DNA of 63,434 nt from a bacterium (lineage in GTDB: Bacteria > Patescibacteriota > Minisyncoccia > UBA6257 > 02-FULL-45-10c): positions 1-63,434 of the forward strand of contig JAUSKT010000001.1 of the NCBI GenBank assembly GCA_030646915.1, given 5' to 3'. This document shows positions 7,613 through 16,048 of the stretch, one piece after another. Both the position numbers and the translations under genes were made by a program. Position 1 is the stretch's first letter, and every line of letters begins with the position of its first letter. Below the pieces are notes generated by a model. It was not told the DNA's origin, searched no databases, and saw nothing but the letters and a program-made list of their open reading frames with translations.

Positions 7613-8496
7613 ATTGAACTCATTGGGTTAATGGTTCGTTCCCATTCCGACTTAATATCGGAACTTCGACTTTCCATATCGAAGCTGAACATACGGATTT
7701 CCCGTATTCAGCGAGCCCGGTATTGATGCATCTGCTTTTTTAGTTGCTTAATTTTTTCTATTCCTTTTTTATCCCAATGCTTCTTTTTTAATACCAATTT
7801 AATAATCTTTTTAAACAAAAGATAATCATAAATTTTCTTACTTTGAAGCTTATGTCGGTCAAAAAATGGAATAATCACACCGCAAATCTCTTTTAAATTG
7901 GTAGTTTCGTAACGATAACAATTATGGTGGTTAGGCCTCCTATCCAATTGGAAAGAAATCCTGCCAACCTTAAAAAATTCTTTTACTTTTTTAAGCAAAA
8001 ATAAATCATCGTCACGCAACTTAATGTAATAATGGCATTCAATTCTATAATTCTTTGACTGCCATTTAGATTGCGGCGGCTTAATATATATAGTGAAGCT
8101 TCCTTCACCATCAGTTAAGCCAACTATATATTCTGCAGATAACATAAATATTATTCCGGTTAGGCCCTTCCCGAATACATAAACATTCTATGCTCCGGTA
8201 CTATGGCACTAGCTGACTTCCTAAAAATCTTTTCTAACCCGATTTTTTAGGATCTCTTTGGGTCACTTATTTTACTTTTCCTAACATCCCGACTTTATAC
8301 TTAAATTTTTGAACTTCCTGACTGACCGCCCGCAGGAGTCGTTCAATTTTATCTTAACATGGGCTGTTATTTGCCTCAAGCCCTCCATCCAAATTATTAC
8401 TAATGTGGACTGCTATTTTTGGCTACGCTCCGATAGACAATCGGAGGAGTGGATTTTAACTACTTAGTAAAACAAGCTGCCAAACACAGTTATTTG
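7613..8496 (-). mobile_element. Group II-like intron in 16S (E. coli position ~1402/1403) with LAGLIDADG ORF
   Basis: Splits CACCGC|CCGTCAC. Domain V-like CGCTGAATACGG-GAAA-TCCGTATGTTCAGC at 7684-7713; ends in AT; EBS-like loop CGGGCGGT (8325-8332) is complementary to the exon junction. Boundary ambiguous by 1 nt. Confidence 0.8.
7708..8145 (-). CDS. Single-motif LAGLIDADG homing endonuclease (intron-encoded)
   Basis: YIVGLTDGEGSF motif and IIPFFDRHKLQSKK. Confidence 0.93.
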   Translation of the reverse strand: MLSAEYIVGLTDGEGSFTIYIKPPQSKWQSKNYRIECHYYIKLRDDDLFLLKKVKEFFKVGRISFQLDRRPNHHNCYRYETTNLKEICGVIIPFFDRHKLQSKKIYDYLLFKKIIKLVLKKKHWDKKGIEKIKQLKKQMHQYRAR

Positions 8497-8538
8497 GCGG
8501 TGAGTACAGGACTCGAGAACGTATTCACCGCGGCGTGA

Positions 8539-8574
<36 letters not shown>

Positions 8575-8812
8575 GCGAGTTTCAGCCTCCAATCTGAACT
8601 GGGGCCATTTTTGTTGGGATTAGCTCCGCCTTGCGGCTTGGCAACCCATTGTAATGGCCATTGTAGCACGAGTGTAGCCCAGGGTATCAAAGGGCCATGC
8701 TGATTTGACGTCATCCCCGCCTTCCTCCCCCAAACAGAGGGCAGTTTCCGATGACACTTGTAACATCAGATAAGGGTTGCGCTCGTTACCCCACTTAAGG
8801 GAACATTTCAAA

Positions 8813-8843
<31 letters not shown>

Positions 8844-8969
8844 GAATAATGTCCTTGAGAGAAGGCCACCGTTTCTGGCGGCTTTCATTATTCTTTCAAA
8901 CCCTGGTAAGGTTTCTCGCTTACTGTCGAATTGAACCTCATGCTCCACCGCTTGTGCGAGTCCCCGTCT

Positions 8970-9001
<32 letters not shown>

Positions 9002-10307
9002 TCCCAGGCGGTCTACTTAACGCGTTAGCTTCGCCACCCCGAGGGTCGATACTCGAGATAGCCAGTAGACATCGTTTAGGGCGTGGACTACAAGGGTATC
9101 TAATCCTTTTTGCTCCCCACGCTTTCGTGCTTTAGAGTCAGTAATGCGCCAGCTAAATGCCTTCGCCTTTGGTATTCCCCACGATATCAACGGATTTCAC
9201 CCCTACACCGTGAGTTCTATTAGCCTCTCGCACACTCTAGTCCGATCGTATTCCTTGCAGCCCCAAAGTTGAGCTCTGGGATTTAACAAGAAACGTGTCG
9301 GTCCTCCTACGCACTCTTTACGCCCAATAAATCCGGATAACGCTTGGAGCCCTCGTATTACCGCGGCTGCTGGCACGAGGTTAGCAGCTCCTTATTCCTA
9401 CAGTACAATCAGCCTTGCGGCTTTTTCCTATAGAAAAGAAGTTTACGATCCGAAGACCTTCATCCTTCACGCGGCGTCGCTCGATCAGGCTTTCGCCCAT
9501 TGTCGAATATTCTCGACTGCTGCCACCCGTAGGTGTACGTTCCGTGTCTCAGTAACGTCGTTGGGGATCAGCCTCTCAGCCCCCCTACTGGTCGTAGCCT
9601 TGGTAGGCCATTACCCTACCAACTAGCTGATCAGACCTAGGTCGCTCCCGAAGCCCCTTGCGAGATTTACTCTTGCGAGACCATCGGATATTAGCCCAGC
9701 TTTCGCTGGGTTATTTCCGTCTTCGGGGTACGTACCAAGGTGTTACTAACTCGTTCGCCACTAATCAGTTATTGATGTAATCACAAACTGATCCGTATGA
9801 CTTGCATGCCTTATCCACGCCGCCAGCGTTCATCCTGGACCAGGATCAAATCCTCTAAATAAAAATCAGTTGCACGAAACCCTCGAACGAGTTTCTAGCA
9901 ACTAACCTTTTATTGGGACAACTAGAAAATTTTCAATCTACAGAATTCCTGTGTTCTGCAGATTATTACTTTTTTACTTTTACTTTTTTGAACTTATTGA
10001 ACTTTTTTGGACCCGCTCATCCGCCAACTGGCGAATAAACGATTTTGCATATCATTTTTTACTAAATTAAAAAATGATACATTTACTACCCACTTGAAAG
10101 GATAGTTTCTTATGGTGATTTTGAAAATCACATTTTTCAAAGTGGCCTGTATTTATGTAACCCTTCGATAAACTCAGGGTAATTCCTACCGGAATTAAAT
10201 AAATACACCCGCCTCACCTCTCTGTTTCCACAAAGGTAAGGCGGATGCACTAAAAATATTTCTATTAAATTTTAAAGCTTAAATTGTTTTATCGTTAATA
10301 CTTATTT

Positions 10308-10335
10308 AGTATATTCATATTTCAAAAACTGTCAA
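10308..10335 (-). promoter_or_regulatory. Putative rRNA promoter
   Basis: Minus strand TTGACA-16 bp-TATACT upstream of the 16S leader. Confidence 0.75.
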
Positions 10336-10405
10336 CCCCCACACCTAATGAGTTTTGGTTCGCTATAAGCAAACGAAATTTAACTAAACTCATTAGGTGT
10401 GGGGG
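10336..10405. repeat. REP/MITE-like palindromic element CCCCCACACC...GGTGTGGGGG, flanked by TCAA direct repeats
   Basis: Arms CCCCCACACCTAATGAGTTT / AAACTCATTAGGTGTGGGGG; TCAA at 10332-10335 and 10406-10409; related copy at 47299-47341. Confidence 0.85.
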
Positions 10406-10485
10406 TCAATAGGTGCTATAGCCTAACAAAAACTCGCTAAAAAGCGAGTTTTTGTTAATAAAAATTCTCGAGAATTTTTAACGCT

Positions 10486-10707
10486 TTAGGCAGCGTTGCA
10501 AGTGCCGCAATCTTTGCAATCCATTTTAACCGGAGCTGATAAAGCGGCTAAAATTAATGCATTCCAATACCAAGCAAGTGGTTCTAATCCCAACACTAAT
10601 CCTCTCTGATAAACCGCCACCCAGGCCATAACCAAAGATAAGGCTCCCAAACCCCACAATACCTTCCAAAGCAAACACTTTAAACTGTGGCTTAAAAGAT
10701 TTTTCAT
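10486..10707 (-). CDS. Small two-TM membrane protein with C-terminal CxxCxxC; paralog of 26598-26852 (ATG start at 10707 preferred)
   Basis: LVMAWVAVYQRGLVLGLEPLAWYWNAL is almost identical in the paralog; ends CKDCGTC. Confidence 0.8.
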   Translation of the reverse strand: MKNLLSHSLKCLLWKVLWGLGALSLVMAWVAVYQRGLVLGLEPLAWYWNALILAALSAPVKMDCKDCGTCNAA

Positions 10708-10774
10708 AATATAATTATTCAATTTCTCAAACGACCTTTTTTAAATTATAACACAAAACCCGATAATAATCGGG

Positions 10775-11017
10775 TTAAATAACTAATACTTTTCTTTCAA
10801 ATTTAAACAGTTTAAAATCTCTGTACTCTTCGTGCCTTATTCGGGCTTCTTTGAATGTTTGAAATTGTTTAATGGCGTCAGTATCATTTTTTGCATTTTT
10901 AAGAATTACTATCCGTTTCTTCCAATCTATTTTAAACCTTCTCGGACCAAGCATTTTACCGATGAAAGCGCTGCGCCATTGGATCATATACATAACCGCC
11001 TCTGCCCTCTTTGCCAT
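10775..11017 (-). CDS. Small hypothetical protein (array member 1)
   Basis: 80 aa with its own TTGACA (11075-11080) and a downstream hairpin AACCCGA...TCGGGTT. Confidence 0.7.
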   Translation of the reverse strand: MAKRAEAVMYMIQWRSAFIGKMLGPRRFKIDWKKRIVILKNAKNDTDAIKQFQTFKEARIRHEEYRDFKLFKFERKVLVI

Positions 11018-11103
11018 TTTTATTTTTTTGATTACAAAATAACTAATAAGAATATAAGGGGTTTATGATATCCTTGTCAAACAAAAAACCGGCTTTTACC
11101 GGT

Positions 11104-11343
11104 TTATAAAATAACGCTCCTAATCTCCAGAAGATGCGGGGTTCCACCAATAGTCTTATCGTCTTTGTGCGCCTCTTGCCATCCCTTAAGTTCTAATTTT
11201 GCCTCTGCTAAAGTTGTGGCCGATAAGCGCGCTTCTTCGCCAAACCATACTTCCCCTCCTTTTGGGATTTTCATAATCCTTGCAAAATTAATTCTGTAAG
11301 AAACTATATCCTGATAATCTTTAGGCTTTGCTTCCTCTGCCAT
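11104..11343 (-). CDS. Small hypothetical protein (array member 2)
   Basis: 79 aa with its own TTGACA (11396-11401) and terminator AAACCGG...CCGGTTT. Confidence 0.7.
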   Translation of the reverse strand: MAEEAKPKDYQDIVSYRINFARIMKIPKGGEVWFGEEARLSATTLAEAKLELKGWQEAHKDDKTIGGTPHLLEIRSVIL

Positions 11344-11416
11344 ATTTTATTATAAAAATTTCAGCTGATTTGAGGATATATTTATATTTCCATTATGTCA
11401 ATAAAAAAACCCGGCA

Positions 11417-11686
11417 TTAGCCAGGTTTTGTTTTTATTTCTTCCAAACGAAAGAGCTTCCAACTCTTAATCTTGCTGAACTTGCTCAGTTCTTCTTTCTT
11501 CCTGGAAGATTCTTCGTTCGCTTCATCCAATGTCATTTCTTCTTCAAATCTCAATTCCCTCTCCTCAATTTTTGTATCAGGATAAGGATGGATTTCTACT
11601 TTATAACTTACCAGATATCTGCTCTTGGTCGGCAGAAAAGCCTTCTTGATACAATCAAGATCCGGCTGTCCCTTTGACTGCGTCAT
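11417..11686 (-). CDS. Small hypothetical protein (array member 3)
   Basis: 89 aa with TTGACA-17-TATTCT (11749-11721). Confidence 0.7.
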   Translation of the reverse strand: MTQSKGQPDLDCIKKAFLPTKSRYLVSYKVEIHPYPDTKIEERELRFEEEMTLDEANEESSRKKEELSKFSKIKSWKLFRLEEIKTKPG

Positions 11687-11750
11687 TTTATGAGTCCTTA
11701 TTTTTATTAAACTATTTTATAGAATAATCTTAAGGGCAATAAATGTCAAA

Positions 11751-11828
11751 CCAGGAAGTGAAACTTCGGTGGCTATACGCGATCAGCCACGACTTTATGT
11801 CGTGGCTAACCGAAGTTCTACTTCCTGG
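11751..11828. mobile_element. 78-bp MITE-like element CCAGGAAGT...ACTTCCTGG with 4-bp CAAA target duplication
   Basis: Terminal inverted arms and internal AGCCACGAC/GTCGTGGCT hairpin; CAAA at 11747-11750 and 11829-11832; end sequence matches 63176-63188. Confidence 0.8.
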
Positions 11829-11880
11829 CAAACAAAAAACCTGATATTAATCAGGTTACAAAAATTTATTACTTAACTAT

Positions 11881-12342
11881 TTATAATTCTACGAGCTCAA
11901 TATTTTGATAATCTTCCGGATTTTTTAAATTGCTTTTCCAATTGCTGAACTGCCAATTGGCTGAACCGCGAACAATCCTCCCCAAACGAATCTCTTGAGG
12001 TAGCCATTTTGGGAGGAGAATAGCGACTGATTCGGTCATTTTTTCAAATTTAATCACAAAATCGCGAACCTCATTAACTTTATGCGGATCCCTAGCTGCT
12101 CCTGCCAAAGATAGTTTGCGAGTCATTTTTCTAATCTCTAACAATTCTAAAACCGTAATCCGGGTAAAACCCATTATATCTTGCTCGCGCTTCAGCCAAG
12201 ACTCCAAAGATCGCCGAGCAGCAGTTTCGTTTTTGCCAGTTAATTTTTTAGAATCAATAGTAGTTTCGGTGCCAGCGCGGTCCGGGTTTTCTTCTACTCT
12301 ACGATATTTAACCCAATATTCTCGAACTTGCTTGCTGGCCAT
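11881..12342 (-). CDS. Hypothetical protein, apparent two-domain tandem version of the array family (member 4)
   Basis: VREYWVKY...LELLEI and VRDFVIKF...IELVEL halves; promoter TTGACA-17-TATACT at 12406-12378. Confidence 0.7.
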   Translation of the reverse strand: MASKQVREYWVKYRRVEENPDRAGTETTIDSKKLTGKNETAARRSLESWLKREQDIMGFTRITVLELLEIRKMTRKLSLAGAARDPHKVNEVRDFVIKFEKMTESVAILLPKWLPQEIRLGRIVRGSANWQFSNWKSNLKNPEDYQNIELVEL

Positions 12343-12438
12343 CTTTTCTTTAATTGTTTTATTTAAGTTCTAAAAAGAGTATAGATTACACTAAAAAACT
12401 TGTCAAACTAAAAATTCTCATATATAGTAGTAACTACT

Positions 12439-12702
12439 ATGAAATCCGACATTCACCCGACATATTATCCTAAAGCAAAAGTTAAATGCGCTTGCGGGGC
12501 GGTTTTTGAGGTTGGCTCCACCCAGTCAGAACTTCGTGTTGAAATTTGTTCTCACTGCCATCCATTTTTTACCGGAAAAGAAAATCTTATTGATACCGCG
12601 GGCAAGGTGGAACGCTTCAAAGCCCGAAGAGCCAAAGCTGCCGCAAAACCAAAAACGGTAAAAAAACCGCGCGTCAAAAAAATCAAGACACAAAAATCTT
12701 AA
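12439..12702 (+). CDS. rpmE: 50S ribosomal protein L31 (Zn-binding type)
   Basis: [34 protein letters not shown]. Confidence 0.97.
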   Translation: MKSDIHPTYYPKAKVKCACGAVFEVGSTQSELRVEICSHCHPFFTGKENLIDTAGKVERFKARRAKAAAKPKTVKKPRVKKIKTQKS

Positions 12703-12717
12703 CCATTTTCGGATAAC

Positions 12718-12782
12718 GAATCATGAATAATGAATCATGGGAAATTTTTTATTCCTAATTCATTATTCCTAATTCATAATTC
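12718..12782. repeat. Heptamer repeat hairpin between rpmE and prfA
   Basis: GAATCAT GAATAAT GAATCAT facing ATTCCTA ATTCATT ATTCCTA ATTCATA ATTC. Confidence 0.8.
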
Positions 12783-12783
12783 T

Positions 12784-13521
12784 ATGACTCAAAAAATAAT
12801 TTTGGAAATCCGGGGCGGAGCAGGCGGCGACGAAGCTTCAATTTTTGCCGGCGATCTTGCGAGAATGTACCAACGCTATTCCGCAACCCGCAGCTGGAAA
12901 TTCAGCATTCTTGATACCAGCCCGGGAACACTCGGCGGATACAAAACTTTCATCAGCCGGATTGAAGGCGAAGGTTCTTATGACGCCTTAAAATACGAAT
13001 CTGGCGTCCACCGAGTCCAAAGAATCCCTCAAACCGAAAAAGCCGGCCGAGTACATACATCTACCGCCACAGTAGCCATACTTCCGGTAGTAGAACCGAA
13101 AGAAGTAAATATAAATCTAAACGATTTGGAAGTTACTTTTTCCCGCGCTGGCGGCCCGGGCGGACAAAACGTAAATAAAATTGAATCGGCAGTCAGAATC
13201 ACGCATAAACCGACCGGCATAGTAGTTTCCTGCCGGGAAGAACGGAATCAGCATGCCAACCGCGAACGGGCAATGGAAGTTTTGCGTTCCAAGCTTTATG
13301 AAATGCAAAAAGAAAAAGAAGTTGGCAATATTACCGAAGCAAGGCGCGAACAAGTCGGAACGGCCGACCGCTCGGAAAAAATCCGCACCTATAACTTCCC
13401 GGATGACCGGATTACCGACCATCGGTTCAATGTTAAAGTCCATAATCTGGAAAAAATCTTTGATGGTAATTTAGATATATTGCTGGAAAAAATCACCAAA
13501 CAAACCAAAAAAGAAGCATAA
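12784..13521 (+). CDS. prfA: Peptide chain release factor 1 lacking N-terminal domain 1 (245 aa from ATG 12784)
   Basis: [25 protein letters not shown] (PxT motif of RF1), [21 protein letters not shown]. Confidence 0.92.
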   Translation: MTQKIILEIRGGAGGDEASIFAGDLARMYQRYSATRSWKFSILDTSPGTLGGYKTFISRIEGEGSYDALKYESGVHRVQRIPQTEKAGRVHTSTATVAILPVVEPKEVNINLNDLEVTFSRAGGPGGQNVNKIESAVRITHKPTGIVVSCREERNQHANRERAMEVLRSKLYEMQKEKEVGNITEARREQVGTADRSEKIRTYNFPDDRITDHRFNVKVHNLEKIFDGNLDILLEKITKQTKKEA

Positions 13522-13587
13522 TGTGGCTAAATCAATTCGCAAAGCGAATTGATTGCCCGAACATTTTACTTAGTAAAATGTTTTAGG

Positions 13588-13647
13588 GAAGAAGTCCTAG
13601 ATGGAAATTTTGACGCTATTTTAAAAAAGATAAATAAATCCCAATAA
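13588..13647 (+). pseudogene. Second, diverged copy of the prfA 3' end
   Basis: Reads EEVLDGNFDAILKKINKSQ* versus [18 protein letters not shown] in prfA; separated from prfA by two palindromes. Confidence 0.65.
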
Positions 13648-13648
13648 G

Positions 13649-13673
13649 AAAACTGCCTTACGGCAGTTTTTTA
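13649..13673. terminator. Bidirectional intrinsic terminator
   Basis: AAAACTGCC-TTAC-GGCAGTTTT between convergent genes. Confidence 0.8.
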
Positions 13674-13675
13674 TT

Positions 13676-14170
13676 TTAAGAATGCATGGAGTCTAGCGTT
13701 GCATGCGCATATGCCCTGAATTCATCTTCATCTACTCGTAAAGATGTTTTACAAGAAGGGCAATTGAATCTAAATTGATATCCTTCCACTACGCCATGCG
13801 CATCTGATATTACGCCATGCTGGGCCTGCATTTCTTTGATTTCATCTAAATAATGCTTTCTACCGCACTCACCGCACTTAACTTCTGTGTAATATAAAAT
13901 TTTTTCTTGGAAAGTTTTGAGGCGCTTATTTAAAACTTCCTCCATTAACGGATTTTTAAATTCTTCTGAACAAAATTTTTCTATCGCTTTTTCAGAATTT
14001 CCGTATTTCTGGATTGCATTCGCATAAATCCGATGGGCGGAATATTCTGTTTTTTGGGAAAGTTCAGCGACTAACTGCGCTGTTTTTAAAGAAACCTTCA
14101 GCTCTTTTACATCTCCGGAACCCAGAACGATATCCAAAACTCGCATATCGCCATTTTTCTGCTTTGGCAT
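13676..14170 (-). CDS. Hypothetical zinc-ribbon protein
   Basis: CGEC...CPSC pair; minus-strand TTGACA upstream. Confidence 0.65.
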   Translation of the reverse strand: MPKQKNGDMRVLDIVLGSGDVKELKVSLKTAQLVAELSQKTEYSAHRIYANAIQKYGNSEKAIEKFCSEEFKNPLMEEVLNKRLKTFQEKILYYTEVKCGECGRKHYLDEIKEMQAQHGVISDAHGVVEGYQFRFNCPSCKTSLRVDEDEFRAYAHATLDSMHS

Positions 14171-14245
14171 TGCAACGCTCTTTTTTATTTAAATCTGCTG
14201 CTAATAATATACCAATAAAATTAAAAAGTGTCAAAACAATAGCCC

Positions 14246-14437
14246 CTAATCTTTAATCTGCTTCTCAATTTCCTTAAGCTTAATTTCCATTTTTGCTTTA
14301 ACTTCTGGATCTAAATCAATTTCTTTCCTGTCAAATTTTCTTAAAGTTTCAAAAATTTCGCTCCAGCGCCTTTGTTTTTCCGAACGGGATTTCGCCCGTT
14401 CAGGATGTTCGCCCAAAGCTCTTTCAAATAAAGACAT
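14246..14437 (-). CDS. Small hypothetical protein
   Basis: 63 aa ATG ORF with an AT-rich promoter-like upstream region. Confidence 0.55.
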   Translation of the reverse strand: MSLFERALGEHPERAKSRSEKQRRWSEIFETLRKFDRKEIDLDPEVKAKMEIKLKEIEKQIKD

Positions 14438-14471
14438 ACTTTAAATATAATTTAACTATTTAAAATATCAA

Positions 14472-14521
14472 CCCCGTTAGAGGCAGAGGCGCGCTGCGTG
14501 CCCTCGCGGCCTCTAACGGGG
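14472..14521. repeat. REP-like element CCCCGTTAGAG...CTCTAACGGGG flanked by TCAA direct repeats
   Basis: Inverted arms; TCAA at 14468-14471 and 14522-14525; a sibling lies inside fba. Confidence 0.85.
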
Positions 14522-14532
14522 TCAATATCTAC

Positions 14533-16020
14533 CTAAGAGTTAAGAATATCTATATCCTTTTGCAGCGCATTGGCTCTTTCCACTACTGGATCTCCGTAAA
14601 AGAAACGGTATTTAAACCAATTGCCGCCCGCATAATATTTCGCTGCCGCGCAGCGTTCCTGTAAAGTCTTAACTGGCAAAACATTTTTATTCGCCTGGGC
14701 ATAATCCCGGCAACCGCTGGATCCATAAGCATCATTCAAGTAAAGCGCTGTGCCCGTAAAAGCATCTCCATTATTCCAAGGCGATGCCGGACTACTTCCG
14801 GTAATATCGCTGATCCGGCTCTTATAAATATTCCAAGTTGAAGGAATGAATTGGGCTGGCCCCATCGCTCCGCCGTAAGCGCCGTGGCGGGAAATTGCGC
14901 ATGATACCAAAACAGGCTCTGGAGGAGATTTGCCTGCTGACTTTAAATCAGATAAAAGCGATAAAAATACCGGCAAATCTCTAGTTGGATGCATTGCAGT
15001 TTGATAACTGCATCTTCCCACATTTTCACCCAAAGAAGATTCTCTGTCTAAAACAGCCAGAATCATAGCCGCCCGCATCCCCGTTGACTGCTCGGCAAAT
15101 TGCGCGAGTTTATAAGCAGCCTCAAAAGATAAACTTCCGCCGCCAATCAATTCAAAGAGCCTGCTTCTAATTTGAGCGGCAGTTTTTTGAGTTTCTTTCA
15201 AAAGCGACTGAAATTTTTGTTCATTGCCCTTAGTAACATTTAAAAGATTGGATTTTTCTTGTTTTGTAAGATCGATCGCGACTTTTTGGGCGTCCTGAAG
15301 AGCTTTAAGCCTAGAAGTATCTGATTTTTTAATAGCAAGGGATTCTTGTTCGTCTAACAGCTCTTCGTGCAAGTCAACAACTTTTTCTAAAGTAGCCCGC
15401 ATGCTTTCCTGAATTTCAATCAAATTATTTACATCCGCAAAAAAATCAGAGAGTTTGGGCCGGCGCAATAAAATTTCTGCCAAACTTAAATTTTCATTTT
15501 CATAAATACTCTGCAAAGACTTTGCCAAAATGGCTTGATTCTGATCAATTTTCTGTCTAGTAGTTACAATTTGTTTTTGATTAACAATAATTTCTTGACT
15601 TAAATTTTGAAGTGAAATATTAATCGCTTTAATTTGAAGATTAACTTTATTAATTTTAGCAGTCAGGCTATTAATTTCATTTTGCAGCCCCTTCCCCTGA
15701 GTTTTATATTGGTCAATGGTAGATTCATATTGGTCTATTTGATTCTCTAAGTTTTGAAGCTGTTTTTCCAAAGCCTGCCTTTCTTCATCGCTTTGAGCCG
15801 CTAAAGACAACTGATTTTGGCCAACTGGAGCAAGCACAGAACCAAAAACCAAATAAGATATCACTCCGAAGACAATAGCTATTTTAGAAAACTTAATAAG
15901 AGGCATCCGAAAAATACGGACAGTGTCCAAATTTATCGTTTTTTTCAGATTAGAAAAAGAATCTTTTTTATGAGATAAATATAAGTCCCGAAAAACTCTA
16001 GGCTTTGGTCTATCAGCCAT
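14533..16020 (-). CDS. Coiled-coil (PcsB-like) lytic transglycosylase
   Basis: TM segment, long coiled coil, AVLDRESSLG (catalytic E) and GGAMGPAQFIPSTW. Confidence 0.85.
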   Translation of the reverse strand: MADRPKPRVFRDLYLSHKKDSFSNLKKTINLDTVRIFRMPLIKFSKIAIVFGVISYLVFGSVLAPVGQNQLSLAAQSDEERQALEKQLQNLENQIDQYESTIDQYKTQGKGLQNEINSLTAKINKVNLQIKAINISLQNLSQEIIVNQKQIVTTRQKIDQNQAILAKSLQSIYENENLSLAEILLRRPKLSDFFADVNNLIEIQESMRATLEKVVDLHEELLDEQESLAIKKSDTSRLKALQDAQKVAIDLTKQEKSNLLNVTKGNEQKFQSLLKETQKTAAQIRSRLFELIGGGSLSFEAAYKLAQFAEQSTGMRAAMILAVLDRESSLGENVGRCSYQTAMHPTRDLPVFLSLLSDLKSAGKSPPEPVLVSCAISRHGAYGGAMGPAQFIPSTWNIYKSRISDITGSSPASPWNNGDAFTGTALYLNDAYGSSGCRDYAQANKNVLPVKTLQERCAAAKYYAGGNWFKYRFFYGDPVVERANALQKDIDILNS

Positions 16021-16048
16021 ATATATTTAATTATACCAAGAAAATAGG

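Noticed and set aside
7613..8496. Group I intron assignment
   Set aside because: No exon U before the splice site and no terminal G; the domain V-like and EBS-like elements fit group II better.
12730..12783. N-terminal extension [18 protein letters not shown] of RF1
   Set aside because: It is a translation of the heptamer repeat hairpin; ATG 12784 is more plausible.
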